DNA from: the human T2T-CHM13v2.0 reference genome, Homo sapiens
Assembly: GCF_009914755.1 (NCBI RefSeq)
Contig: NC_060932.1
Direction: 5' to 3' (one strand)
Length of the DNA: 64,000 bases
Shown: positions 1-15,175 of the stretch, piece by piece
How positions within the stretch are numbered: position 1 is the stretch's first letter
Layout of the letters: every line of letters begins with the position of its first letter
Program-made: the position numbers and the translations under genes
The notes under the pieces: generated by a model
Seen by the model: the letters and a program-made list of their open reading frames with translations, nothing else
Databases searched by the model: none
Told to the model about the DNA's origin: nothing

Positions 1-3751
<3,751 letters not shown>

Positions 3752-3814
3752 TATAATGTTAGTTGGTTATTTTGCTCATTTGTTGATGCGGTTTCTTCCT
3801 AGCATCGATGGTCT

Positions 3815-4830
3815 TTACACTTTGGCATGTTTTTGCAGTGGCTGATACCAGTTGTTCCTTTCCATGTTTAGTGCTTCCTTCAGGAGCTCTTGTAGGGCAG
3901 GCCTGGTGGTGACAAAATCTCTCAGCATTTGCTTGTCTGTAATGGATTTTATTTCTCCTTCACTTATGAAGCTTAGTTTGGCTGGATATGAAATTCTGGG
4001 TTGAAAATTCTTTTCTTCTAGAATGTTGAATATTGGTCCCCACTCTCCTCTGGCTTGCAGAGTTTCTGCTGAGAGATCAGCTGTTAGTCTGATGGGCTTC
4101 CCTTTGTGGGTAACTAGACCTTTCTCTCTGGCTGCCCTTAACATTTTTTCCTTCATTTCAACTTTGGTGAATCTGACAATTATGTGTCTTGGAGTTGCTC
4201 TTCTCGAGGAGTATCTTGTGGCATTCTCTGTATTTCCTGAATTTGAATGTTAGCCTGCCTTGCTAGGTTGGGGAGGTTCTCCTGGATAATATCCTGCAGA
4301 GTGTTTTCCAACTTGGTTCCATTCTCTTCGTCACTTTCAGGTACAGCAATCAGATGTAGATTTGGTCTTTTCACATAGTCGCATGTTTCTTGGAGGCTTT
4401 GTTCATTTCTTTTTACTCTTTTTCCTCTAAACTTCTCTTCTCACTTCATTTCATTCATTTGATCTTCAATCACTGATACCCTTTCTTCCAGTTGATTGAA
4501 TTGGCTACTGAAGCTTGTACATTTGTCACATAGTTCTCGTGCCATGGCTTTCAGCTCCATCAGGTCATTTAAGGACTTCTCTACACTGGTTATTCTAGTT
4601 AGCCATTTGTCTAATTTTTTTTCAAGGTTTTAAGCTTCTTTGCGATGGGTTCAAACTTCTTCCTTTAGCTCGGAGAAGTTTGATCATCTGAAGCCTTCTT
4701 CTCTCAACTTGTCAAAATCATTCTCCATCCAGCTTTGTTCCATTGCTGGTGAGGAGCTGCGTTCCTTTGAAGGGAGAGAGTTGCTCTGATTTTTAGAATT
4801 TTCAGCTTTTCTGCTCTGTTTTTTCCCCAT
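3815..4830 (-). pseudogene. L1 ORF1p remnant (frameshifted, with stops)
   Basis: ATGGGGAAAAA at 4830. Fragments KRPNLHLIAVPESD and MKEKMLRAAREKG...ALNMERNNWYQPLQKHAK lie in separate ORFs. Stop at 3815-3817. Confidence 0.95.
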
Positions 4831-5841
4831 CTTTGTGGTTTTATCTATCTTTGGTCTTTGATGATGGTGACGTACAGATGGGGCTTTGGTGTGGATGTCC
4901 TTTCTCTTTGTTGATTTTCCTTCTAACAGTCAGGACCCTCAGCTGCAGGTCTGTTGGAATTTGCTGGAGGTCCACTCCAGACCCTGTTTGCCTGGGTGTC
5001 AGCAGCAGAGGCTTCAGAACAGCGAATATTGGTGAACAGCAAATGTTGCTGCCTGATTGTTCCTCTGGAAGCTTCATCTCAGAGGGGTACCTGGCCATGT
5101 GAGGTGTCAGTCTGCCCCTACTAGGGGGTCCCTCCCAGTTAGGCTACTCGGGAGTCAGGGACTCACTTGAGGAGGCAGTCTGACCGTTCTCAGATCTCAA
5201 ACTCCATGCTGGGAGAACCACTACTCTCTTCAAAGCTGCCAGACAGGGACATTTTAATCTGCAGTGTTTTCTGTTGCCTTTATCCAGCTGTGCCCTGCCC
5301 CCAGAGGTGGAGTCTACAGAGGCAGGCAGGTCTCTTTGAGCTGTGGTGGGCTCCACCCAGTTCGAACTTCCTGGCCACTTTGTTTACCTACTCAAGCCCC
5401 TCCCCCAGCCTTGTTGCCACCTTGCAGTTCGATCTCAGACTGCTGTGCTAGCAATTAGTGAGGTTCCTTGGGCATGGGACCCTCCAAGCCAGGTGCGGGA
5501 TATAGTCTCCTGGTGTGCTGTTTGCTAGACCATTGGAAAAGCACAGTATTAGGGTGGGAGTGACCCGATTTTCCACGTGCTGTCTGTCACAGCTTCCCTT
5601 GGCTAGGAAAGGGAATTCCCTGACCGCTTGTGCTTCCCAGGTGAGGTGATGCCTCACCCTGCTTCGACTCATGCTTGGTGGGCTGCACCCACTGTCCTGC
5701 ACCCACTGTCCGACAAGCCCCAGTGAGATGAATCCAGTACCTCAGTTGGAAATGCAGAAATCACCTGTCTTCTGCATCACTCACGCTGGGAGCTGTAGAC
5801 TGGAGCTGTTCCTATTCGGCCATCTTGGAACCACCCCCCTC
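4831..5841 (-). promoter_or_regulatory. L1 5'UTR with internal sense promoter (YY1 site) and antisense promoter region
   Basis: YY1 core CAAGATGGCC (plus strand GGCCATCTTG, 5818-5827). Many CpGs have decayed to TpG/CpA. Confidence 0.8.
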
Positions 5842-6339
5842 AAATCTGACAACTTAAGTTTCAAAGGGATTTTCCCTTCTACTCTGTAAGTAGAAGACTC
5901 TAAAATAAATGGGTCGTTTACTTATTGTTTTATTATTTAGACCCATGACTACAAAGGCACAAATATAAGAAAACAGTAGGATAGTTCAAGTTTCACAGGC
6001 CCTTTCATTTAGAAGTCTGCTCACCACTCATCATGAGAAGGCCAGTGGGATGCTGGAAGCCAATCACCACCTGGAAGCGTGGCTCTGGAGATGCCCTATC
6101 CTGGGCCCTGGGATTTTGACTCACCTGCTTGCCCCATTCAGGAGCCCTCTTAGTGTTTCCCCAGCCACACCTGTCATGCTCATTACAACTCTTTAGAAGA
6201 GAAGACTACTAGAAATTGACACCTGGCCCCACACCACATTGCTACCAAGCCCAAACATTTCTCCTTCACCAAGAGGGAATCAATCAACCTTTCACCCATT
6301 CCTGGTTTCCCCAGTCACTATTCAAGAAAAAGCTTCCTT

Positions 6340-8275
6340 GTTGAAACAACCTGTCATCTCCAGTTGCTTGGCCCAAAACCCCTACTCCTTATTGCCTGAC
6401 ATATTCAACTTCCTCAACCTCCCTGCCTTACCTGAAACCTTGGCTTCTCAGAGGGACCTGCACTTCCCACAACACTGTCAAGTGGAAGCATTTCTTCTTT
6501 TACCTTCCCTGAAACTCATGGATAAGAAGTGTCCGTGTCTTCTTTGCTCCCCCACCAATCTTAGGTCATTGCTCTTCATTGCTGCAGATTCTCCACTCCC
6601 CCACCCCTGCTGATTTACAAAGAAAAATACCACATCTGCTTTGAGGCTCCAGCTGAGCCAAACCACCCTCTACCCTCCTCATTGCAATCATCCACTGACT
6701 TCCCAGTCCCATCCCCTTCCTTTATGGAAGACTCCCCTTGCCTGAGAAATACTTCTTCTCCACACCAATGTCAGCCACTGTCCTAGGAGATTTTAAGTCT
6801 TATGTGGATATTTACCTATTTCACTTTTAGCACAGCTGTCCCCTCCCAAGGCCACACTAATATCATCAAGGTGAAATGGTACAGCCTCCAAAACCACTAA
6901 TTAAAATTCACACTCCTTCTAACCTTCTAGCTAGCTCACTCATTCCACTATTTATTATTGCAATTGTTCCTTCACATCACTGGGTTCACTAATGCCTTTA
7001 TCATTCCCTCTTACCCACTTCCTTCCTTTCTCTTTATTCATGAATCCTCTTTGGTCTTTCATTCCCTTACTTAGCTGGCTCAGATCCCACAGTATATCTA
7101 TTCAATTACCCTCTTGCAGTTACCTTCCCCTCTTCCCACTACCTGGGATGGTGGGTGGGGGAACAGAAACAAACCTGAGTTCAAGCCCTCTTCTTGTATC
7201 ACTCTTCACAGTCTTTCCAAGTACTGTTATCCATTATCATGGCTTCAAATACCTCTTTTGATGGTATTTGAAGAGGGACTGAAATTTGACAACCCCCAAA
7301 TTTATAGCTTCACCTCCATGGTTTCATCTGCATTCTAAGCATACACACACTTAACTGTCTGCTTGGCTTCTCTCACTGGGTATCTCAAATGGATTACTGC
7401 CAAAATTGAGCTGTGTTTCAACCCTTCAGTGTTCAGTAATCCAGTAATCTCAGTAAATGGCCCCTCATCCTGCATTCACTCTTGGTATTCAGTCAACAAA
7501 TAAAGTCCCATCAGCTCAATCTCCCTACATCTCTCAAGTCTCATCTTTCCACCTCTGCCCTTTTCTGTCTGGATCAAACCACCTTGACCATGGCAATAGC
7601 TTGGTCTACACCAACCTCCACTTCATGCTCTACTCAGTTGCCAGAGTAACATTTAAAAACAATTCTGATTACATCTCAACCCTCTTTAGAATTTTTCAAT
7701 GACTTCCTTTCCTCTTTGCATAAAATTAAAAATCCCTAACATGACCCTCAATACCAGGCATCATCTGGCTCCTGACTGTTTCTCAAATGCATGGAGCACT
7801 GCTCTCCTTTGATGCTCTCTGTGGTTTTCTCCTGCTGTTCCTCTTTGTTTGGTTAGCACCTACTTATGCTTAAGGTCTCAGCCTAAACATTCTTTGAAGA
7901 AGCATTCTCTCACCTATAAGATTATATTTATTTGTAGGATTTATAACTAAATTAAATATTATAAATACAAAATAAAATAATATACAATTATAAATAAAAT
8001 CAAATTATTGTAGCGAAATTTAAAAATATATTTTTTGCAATTATATCTTCAGCATGTCCCTCCTGCTAGACTGTAAAGTCTATAACCTCAGAGACTCTCC
8101 TATTTCTAGTAGGGTGGCCAAGCATCTTGATTTGCCTGGAACTGAGGGAGTTACTGAGATGTAGGACTTTCAGTTTTAAATCTAGGAAAGTCCTAGGCAA
8201 CTGGCAGGGTTGGTTTCCTGAATCTCTAGTTCTTAGAACAACCTTTAGCAATTCTTATTAAATGAATGATTAAAT
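6340..8275 (+). mobile_element. Long degraded L2 LINE: EN-domain relic plus 3' end, interrupted by an AT-rich patch and MER81
   Basis: Relic motifs LPALPETLA, LLIAII, VLGDFKSYVD and SQGHT. L2 3' segments CATGGCTTCAAATACC, CTAGACTGTAAAG and a terminal AATGAATGA. Confidence 0.7.
8110..8220. mobile_element. MER81-like hAT-Blackjack MITE inserted in the L2 3' end
   Basis: AGGGTGGCCAA...TTTGCCTGGAACTGAGGG...GGACTTTCAGTTTTAAA...GGAAAGTCC, about 110 bp. Confidence 0.75.
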
Positions 8276-9053
8276 GGAAGAGCTTCTCCTTCTATCCCTC
8301 CAAAGTAGTATAGGTGTGTAGGAGGAAAGAGTAGAATCGTGGTTTGAAGGATTAAGCTACAGAAATGATTACTATCCTCCCCAGAACTTTTATTAAAAGG
8401 ATTAATGCATACCACAGCCCTTCAAGAAGTTGTGAGATAGACATGTAAACTTCACCTGGCCTCCTGACAGTGTAGCAGGAATAGCACAGGGTGAAAGTGT
8501 CTCAGATCCTCTACCCTCTAAGTCCTTGGGTCCATCTCTAAACTTTTTAGATCACAGTGTGTACATTGAGAAGGTTGAACTTTCTTTTCCTCTTTTCAGC
8601 TCTAAAATTCTCTTTGTTTTTAGCTCTGAAATTATTTGATGTCTTTTACATAGGCATAGCCCCGTGAAGAGGGGAGACTTATACAGGGATGCCATTCTAT
8701 AGTTTAGAGTTATAGGAGGTAGTAATCTTCCAGGCTGGGGTCTTAACTATGTCAGTAGAGAATGCCTTATCTCCTACTCAGGACTGGCTGCAATCCAGAG
8801 CCATTAATTCATTTAACTGATTCATTCATCACTATTTATTCAAGTCCTATTACATATTAGGAACTGGGCTAAGTGGCAGAGACCACTGATTGCTTCAACT
8901 GCCTCCCAAGGTCCCCAACTATGGTGGCCCTGCTAATTATAGATGATGTCCTATGCACTGAACTAAACCCTCTTGATTGAAGAGTATCTCCTATTTTCCT
9001 ACCTCCAAACCTGTCTGCCTTCAGATTTTCTTCCAGCATTCTCTCCACTGCAC

Positions 9054-9355
9054 CAGGGGTCTGCAATATTTTTATATAAAGGGTTATATGAGAAATACTT
9101 TAGTCTTTGTATGCCATGTGCAGCCAAAAGATTCCTATAGACAATACATAACTGAATAGGTATGGCCGTCTTCCAATAAAACTGTATTTGTGAACACTGA
9201 AACTTGAAATCAAAATAATTTTCATCTTTCACAAAATATTCTTTTTCTTTTGATTGTTTTCAATCACTTAAAAATGTCAATACCATTCTCAACTTAAGGG
9301 TCATATAGAAGCAGGTAGCAGGCTGGATTTGGCCCACTGGCCATAGTTTGCCCTG
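9054..9355. mobile_element. MER58B-like hAT-Charlie element
   Basis: CAGGGGTCTGCAA start, TTCCAATAAAACT, and GGATTTGGCCCACTGGCCATAGTTTGCC end. Confidence 0.8.
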
Positions 9356-9399
9356 CAGAACCACCATTGTTATATGGTATTTAAGTATAAGGGTTTCCT

Positions 9400-9630
9400 A
9401 AGCTAGAGTGCCTACAATTGAATGAATCTTAGTTGTAACTCTTAATTAAACCTGGTGACCTTGGTTAAGTTTCTAAGCTACAGTTACAAACTGCCTCAGT
9501 TTCTTTATCTGTAACATTGAAATACTATTAGCATCTGTCTCATACAGATGTTGTGAGGATTAAATTATGTAATACTTGTAAGATAATAATAACAGTGCTT
9601 ACAACATAGTAAGTACTCAACGTGCTTATA
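9400..9630 (+). mobile_element. MIR SINE
   Basis: GTGACCTTGG, CCTCAGTTTCTTTATCTGTAA, GTTGTGAGGATTAAA and CATAGTAAGTACTCAA core motifs. Confidence 0.8.
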
Positions 9631-9669
9631 ATTATTATAGTTATCATTATGTGGTTCTTATTCCTGCCA

Positions 9670-9878
9670 ATGGCCCCCCATTAATTAGAAGATACATTTT
9701 AAACTTCTTGGGAGGTGTGCAAAGCCTTTCCTTTGAATCTCATCTTCTACCACCTCCTTAGCTACCTATGATTCACTCATCCCTATCACGTCTAATTCTC
9801 TAAATCTATCATATTGTTTCATATACCTTTGTGCCCCTCTGCCCCTCCTCAATACCCCAATTTCTCTCTCTCACACAC

Positions 9879-9911
<33 letters not shown>

Positions 9912-10230
9912 TTCCTATAAGACCATATGAACATGACCCCTTCTCTTGAAATCTTTGAAGCCTTTCCTGACCATTTCTATCCTCTCTCCACCTTCCAATC
10001 CAACTCTAATTTTGGGTTTTCCCTCCTCTGGGTTCCCATAATACTGTGTGAGGAGCTCCATGTTAGCACTTCTCACACTGTAATAGCAAAACACATTATT
10101 ATATATTTGTCATTCCCACTGGGCTTTGAGCTACTCATGGACAAAAACTCTGAGTTTTTAATGTTTCTATTTGCAGTGCCTATTATCAGTACCTGGTACA
10201 TGGTAGACAACCAAAAGATACATTAGGAAG
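9670..10230 (+). mobile_element. L2 3' fragment containing a (CA)n at 9872-9909
   Basis: CCCACTGGGCTTTGAGCTAC and CAGTACCTGGTACATGGTAG resemble the L2 tail. Confidence 0.6.
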
Positions 10231-11989
10231 GAAAAAAGAAAGGAAAGGTGGAAGAAAAGAATAGAAATGAAAGATGGAAGGAGGGAGAGAGGAATAGAGA
10301 TAGAAAAGAGAGAGGCCGCAAGATAGGCAGTGACTGCCCTGTTTATCTGATATAGGTATGTGGCCATATACACCCTACTTGATGTGCTCATTCTCCCATC
10401 TGGTGGAATTCCTTTAGTGAGAAGTGGAAATAATGACATAGACTAATAATGGCGAAGTTTGGGATAAAAGCCTTCCCAATTCCCTTCAAATAATTGTCAC
10501 CTGATATGCTTTTACATGTTTCTAGACCTGCATAGTTTCTTATCAGATCCAACATGCTTAAGCTTAGAAGAGGTAATTTGATTATATAGGCTTTGGAATA
10601 GACAGTTAAACGCTACATCAGAATAGGTCGCCTCGATGCAGCTCCTATCACCCTTCCTGTCCTCAGTGATTTCTCGATGAAAGAATAATAATCTTGGGTA
10701 CTGATATCAGTTTGTCCATTTACTGGCTGTGTTACCTAAGTCTGAATTATCTGTCTGGGACAAAATTAGTTTTCTTTATCTATAAGATGGGGAAGTTGGA
10801 TTTTGTGCTCTTATCTAACTCTGAAAGTCCTATGAATATTTGGATCTATTTTACTTCTGCATAGTCCCCTATCTGCTGATGTATTTTCTCATACATAAGC
10901 TTATGTCAGTTTTATGGGCTTTCTCAGATATGTTAACTGTTTACAGTACTCTAGAAATGGAGACAGGAATGAAAAGAAAGGGAGGAATTCTGGGCTATGT
11001 ATGGTAACTAAGTATCTAAATAGAGACAACTGATTGATTTTCAGGATTCCACTTTAAAATAAGAATCATATGAATAATTTGGCAGAGTGCATTGGGTTGG
11101 AAAGGTATAGAAAGCACATCTATTGATTGAAGCATAAATGCCCTTTTGTAATTCCAAGTGCTTTCTCATAGGGCAGGGTTATGAAATTCAGGTAGTCTAT
11201 TTGGTTGCCTGGCTTTTTGCAGGTGTCATTAATTAGACTCTTTAACTTCTTTGAATTGAAAGGAAAGTATGGATTTTCTGGCAAAGGAATTTAGAAAAGA
11301 GATGAAATCAGTACCCTTGGAGGGAAATTACAGTAAAGTAAAGTAAAGAAATTACAGAAAGTAAAGTGAATTAAGAGAGTAAACAACTTATCCTCCATTG
11401 TAACTTCCAGAAAGTAAATGTGCCCTTTTTCAAAAGTCAGGGCTGTCAGCTGCAGTCTTGATGTTTTTGAAGCAATGGCTTAAAACTGTATTTGATCATG
11501 AATGAGAGAAAACGAGATAATCATACACATTCATGCATTCACACACATACTTAGGTATTCTAGAACTTCTTCCATTGGTTGTAACCCAAATTCATTTGTA
11601 TCAACCTTTGTGAACCTTTATTTGCTTAACATCTATGTACATTGCTAACTTCATGTCATTCTTAGAACTAAATAAACACTTTAAAAAGAGGAAGACAGCC
11701 ATGATGTCATTTCAGTATATCTATATTTATATCTATCTACACATATCGCACCTAAGCGATTAGTTTTTTTATATGTTTCATGAAAACTATTGTAGCCTAT
11801 TTAATTAAGTATCCCCAAAGCCCACTCTACACGTGCCACATACTCTTCCTTATCTCCCATGATATTTAACAAAACAAAGAAGAAATAGAATATGTGGTTA
11901 TTGTAAATAAGAGGAAACTCAATTAGCAGCTTCAACCAATCAACATGCTTTAGCATCAGCCAGTTCCTAAGCAAAGATCTATGGTGAAG

Positions 11990-12292
11990 ACCATTGGGTC
12001 CCAGAAAAAGATTTCCCAAAATAAGGTGCTCAGGCATGCTGATTGCTTTGAAAATTGAAAGGTCTCAAAAATAAGCCTCAGAACCAAGGTCTCTTTTGAC
12101 CCTTTCCCTGCCTCCCTGATCCTCTTTCCTGGGGGCACTTGGTGGGATTCTCTCTGAAATATCCTTCTCTAAGAAAATTGCATGAAATAAACTTGTTATG
12201 TTTTTCTCTTGTTAACTTGTTTTTGTTATAGAGGTGCCCACCATGAACCTTTACAATGGGGAGGAAAAGAATCATCCTCTTTCCACCTTTAT
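11990..12292 (+). mobile_element. MER34/MER39-like ERV1 solo LTR, internally deleted
   Basis: GGGTCCCAGAAAA..CCCAAAAT..GGCATGCTGA..GCTTTGAA start. AATAAAC followed by TTTTCTCTTGTTAAC in an R/U5-like segment. Confidence 0.65.
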
Positions 12293-12369
12293 GGTAATAC
12301 TTTACATAGACTTTGAAAGGGTTCTGATAACCAAGTAAATCTATTTTCTGTTGCCTGAGCAATGCACCA

Positions 12370-12810
12370 GAAATGGTGATGGCTTGAACTAAAGCTCTGT
12401 AGGGAAGATGGAGAGAAGGTCATGAATGCCAAAGCTACCAAGGAAGTAACAGCTCTATGATGTGGTGATTGGTTGAATGTGAGGGTTGAAAGAGAGAAAA
12501 GTGTCCAGGGCAATGCCCAGATTTCCAGGTTGGGAAGATGAAGGGATGTTAAGGGCATTCCTAAGACAGGAATTCAGGGTGGGGACAGGATTGAAGGCTA
12601 AGATAACATAAATCCAACTGTCTATGGGGCATACATTCTCAGGCACCTTAAATGTAGCAAAGTGATTTCACTTAAATTTAAGGTGCCTGAGAGTGAATGC
12701 CCCATAGGCAGTTGGATTTGTGATGCTAGGCCAAAGGACAGAAGGCTGGATCTATATTTCAATGTCTCCAGCTTATAAATGGCAGTTGTACTTTAGAGAA
12801 GAATGAGAGT
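12370..12810 (-). mobile_element. L2 fragment carrying an inverted duplication
   Basis: Purine-rich antisense L2 signature, e.g. GGTGATTGGTTGAATGTGAGGG and AGGTGCCTG...TAGGCAGTTGGAT. Confidence 0.65.
12610..12719. repeat. Inverted repeat with 44-bp arms (41/44 identical) and a 22-bp spacer
   Basis: AAATCCAACTGTCTATGGGGCATACATTCTCAGGCACCTTAAAT (12610-12653) versus the reverse complement of 12676-12719, AAATCCAACTGCCTATGGGGCATTCACTCTCAGGCACCTTAAAT. Confidence 0.97.
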
Positions 12811-13892
12811 AAGGATTAGCTGTGTGATAGTAATGTATGTTGCACATTTTCTCAGTCCAATAAGTAGCTTGAGTGTGGGTGAGCTTCCTCCAAACACCAC
12901 AATTACTTTAGACCTTGGGATCTTCTGGCTCAGTCTGTTGCTACTATGTTATTTACAAACACAGTCAGTGCTTAGTAGATTCCTATAAATCTGTCTTCAT
13001 GTTATTATAAACTCATTGATCAGCAGGAAAAAAATGATTTATCTATTCTATACAGATTTCTATGAATGAAATCACTGGTCTAGGAATAAGAATGTCCAGG
13101 TTTTATTCTCATTTTTGCCACAAACTTGTCTGTAGTATAGGAAAAATCCCTTTCCACCCCTTATTGTCAATATCTGCATCTATAAAATTATGGGATAGAA
13201 CTCCTTCCAGTTGTAATATTTCATACTGTGTATAACTTTCAAAAGGGAAGCATATCTCTCACTGGAAGTTTTAACCAGTAGTTTATAATTCTTTAAACTG
13301 TCCAATGTGCAAAACTCCTCCTAATCCAGTGAAGTCTAATGTGATACAGACTCCTTTCTGCCTAGTAATTTTCTCAGCAAGAAGATTTAATTGTTATGTG
13401 GGTTCTGAAAATGAAGATAGGTTAGAATCTGCCTTATACCTCAGATAAATAGTGATCCAAAATAGCATGTTTGCGTAACTAAAGGGGAGAGAATGGACTG
13501 AAAATGGAAAACAACTAACTCCTGCAAAGGTGCTGCTTAGAAAATTTTTTTGAGAGAACTTCTGACTCATGTACAATTTATTCATTGATGCTTATTTATT
13601 TATTTGTTTGCTTGCTTGGAGAAAAAATAGTTTTGGTGAGAATTTTTACATCTAATAATAAAACCAGAAGACTTGCAACAGTGTTTCTTTAAATATCTTT
13701 TATTAATTTCCTGTCTGTTTACACTAAAAAAGGAAACTAGAATAGAACTTACGAATTCTTCATCTGTACCCAGAGATTAAATATATAAGGCTCACTGAAA
13801 GAGGTTTTTGATGCATATCTAAGAAATATTTGTTTTGTAAATTTAGTCATGGTATGGCTCCATGATATTAAAAATGATTAACTAGGTCAGTT

Positions 13893-13915
13893 AAAAAAGA
13901 AAGAAAGAAAAAGAA

Positions 13916-13968
<53 letters not shown>

Positions 13969-13974
13969 AAAAAG
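13893..13974 (+). repeat. (GAAA)n microsatellite
   Basis: Read directly from the sequence. Confidence 0.97.
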
Positions 13975-14429
13975 ATGTTGTCCCAAAAACGTCAACCTCT
14001 ACCAATTGAAGGCTTTCTTTTTCAATTATGTTCAGTATATTTGAAAATAAGTATAAATAAATATGTTAAATTGATGTCAGTAGTATTTTAAGCAGTCATT
14101 TTTAAATACCAAAATGGACATCTTAGATTCCAAAGGGAACAGCTTTTGTTTGACCTAAAGTAAAATGTTATTGAAATCTTTTGTGAGATTTAATTCCATT
14201 TCACCTAATTTTAGTCATGATTTTCTAACAATCTAAAACCTGGTATAATTTCTAATACACTTTGTTTGATTAACCCAATTAATTTCATTAACTACTCATG
14301 TCTCAGACAAGTGACTTGGCATTTACTCAGCTCATGAATTGTAGTTCAAATGAATATAAACAAACAATAAAACAAACAAAACAAAACACAAAATGTATAA
14401 TAATGTCAAGAATGAGATAAGATCCACAT

Positions 14430-15175
14430 TTTCTAAGGAAGCCCTCAAGGCCCATCCGAATGGAGCCCTACCAACGTTCTCTAGCCTCACTGTTATCTGA
14501 TCTCCCATTCTTTTTACACTCACCCACCACCAAATGCCCCTTCTCCTTGCTGTCTGTCACTCTCACGCCTCGGCTTGACCATGCTGCCATATTTATAATG
14601 TCCTTACCTTTTCTTCATCATTCCTTTCTTAGCTAACTTCTACTCACTCTTTAAGGCTCAGCCTCAGCTCTGTTTCATTTTGAATATCTTCTCTGGCTTG
14701 CCTCCATCATCAGCCCCAGTGAGGCAACCACCCTTTCTATGGTTTCCATAGCACCATGTTCATCACTGCACAATGTGTGAGAGCATGGCTTCTGGGTCAA
14801 ATTGCCAGTGTTCAAATCCTAGCTCTACCCTTCATTGTCCTGGGTGACTTTGGGCAAGTCACATAATCTCTCTGTACCCCGAGTTAAGCACCAATGAAAT
14901 GGGAATAATAATATAGTTATCTTCAAAAGGATATTATTTTATATTAAAAGAGTTTATTTATGTAAAGTTCTTAGAAAACTGCATGCCACATAGTAAGTGC
15001 TCAATGCATGTTAGCTACTACTGTGATTATCTCCATCACTGGTCTTATGAAAATATCTGTGAGCTTCTTGAGGCAAGAGAGAATTACTTATTCATCTCTG
15101 TTCTTCTGCCTCTAGCATGGTACCTGACGCATAGTACATGCTAGTAAGTGTTTCATAAATGAATGAGTGGTTGAA
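14430..15175 (+). mobile_element. L2 3' end interrupted by a MIR (about 14775-15020)
   Basis: L2 tail TGTGAGCTTCTTGAGGCAAG...AATGAATGAGTG. MIR core TTCAAATCCTAGCTCTACC, GTGACTTTGGGCAAGTCAC and CACATAGTAAGTGCTCAAT. Confidence 0.75.
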
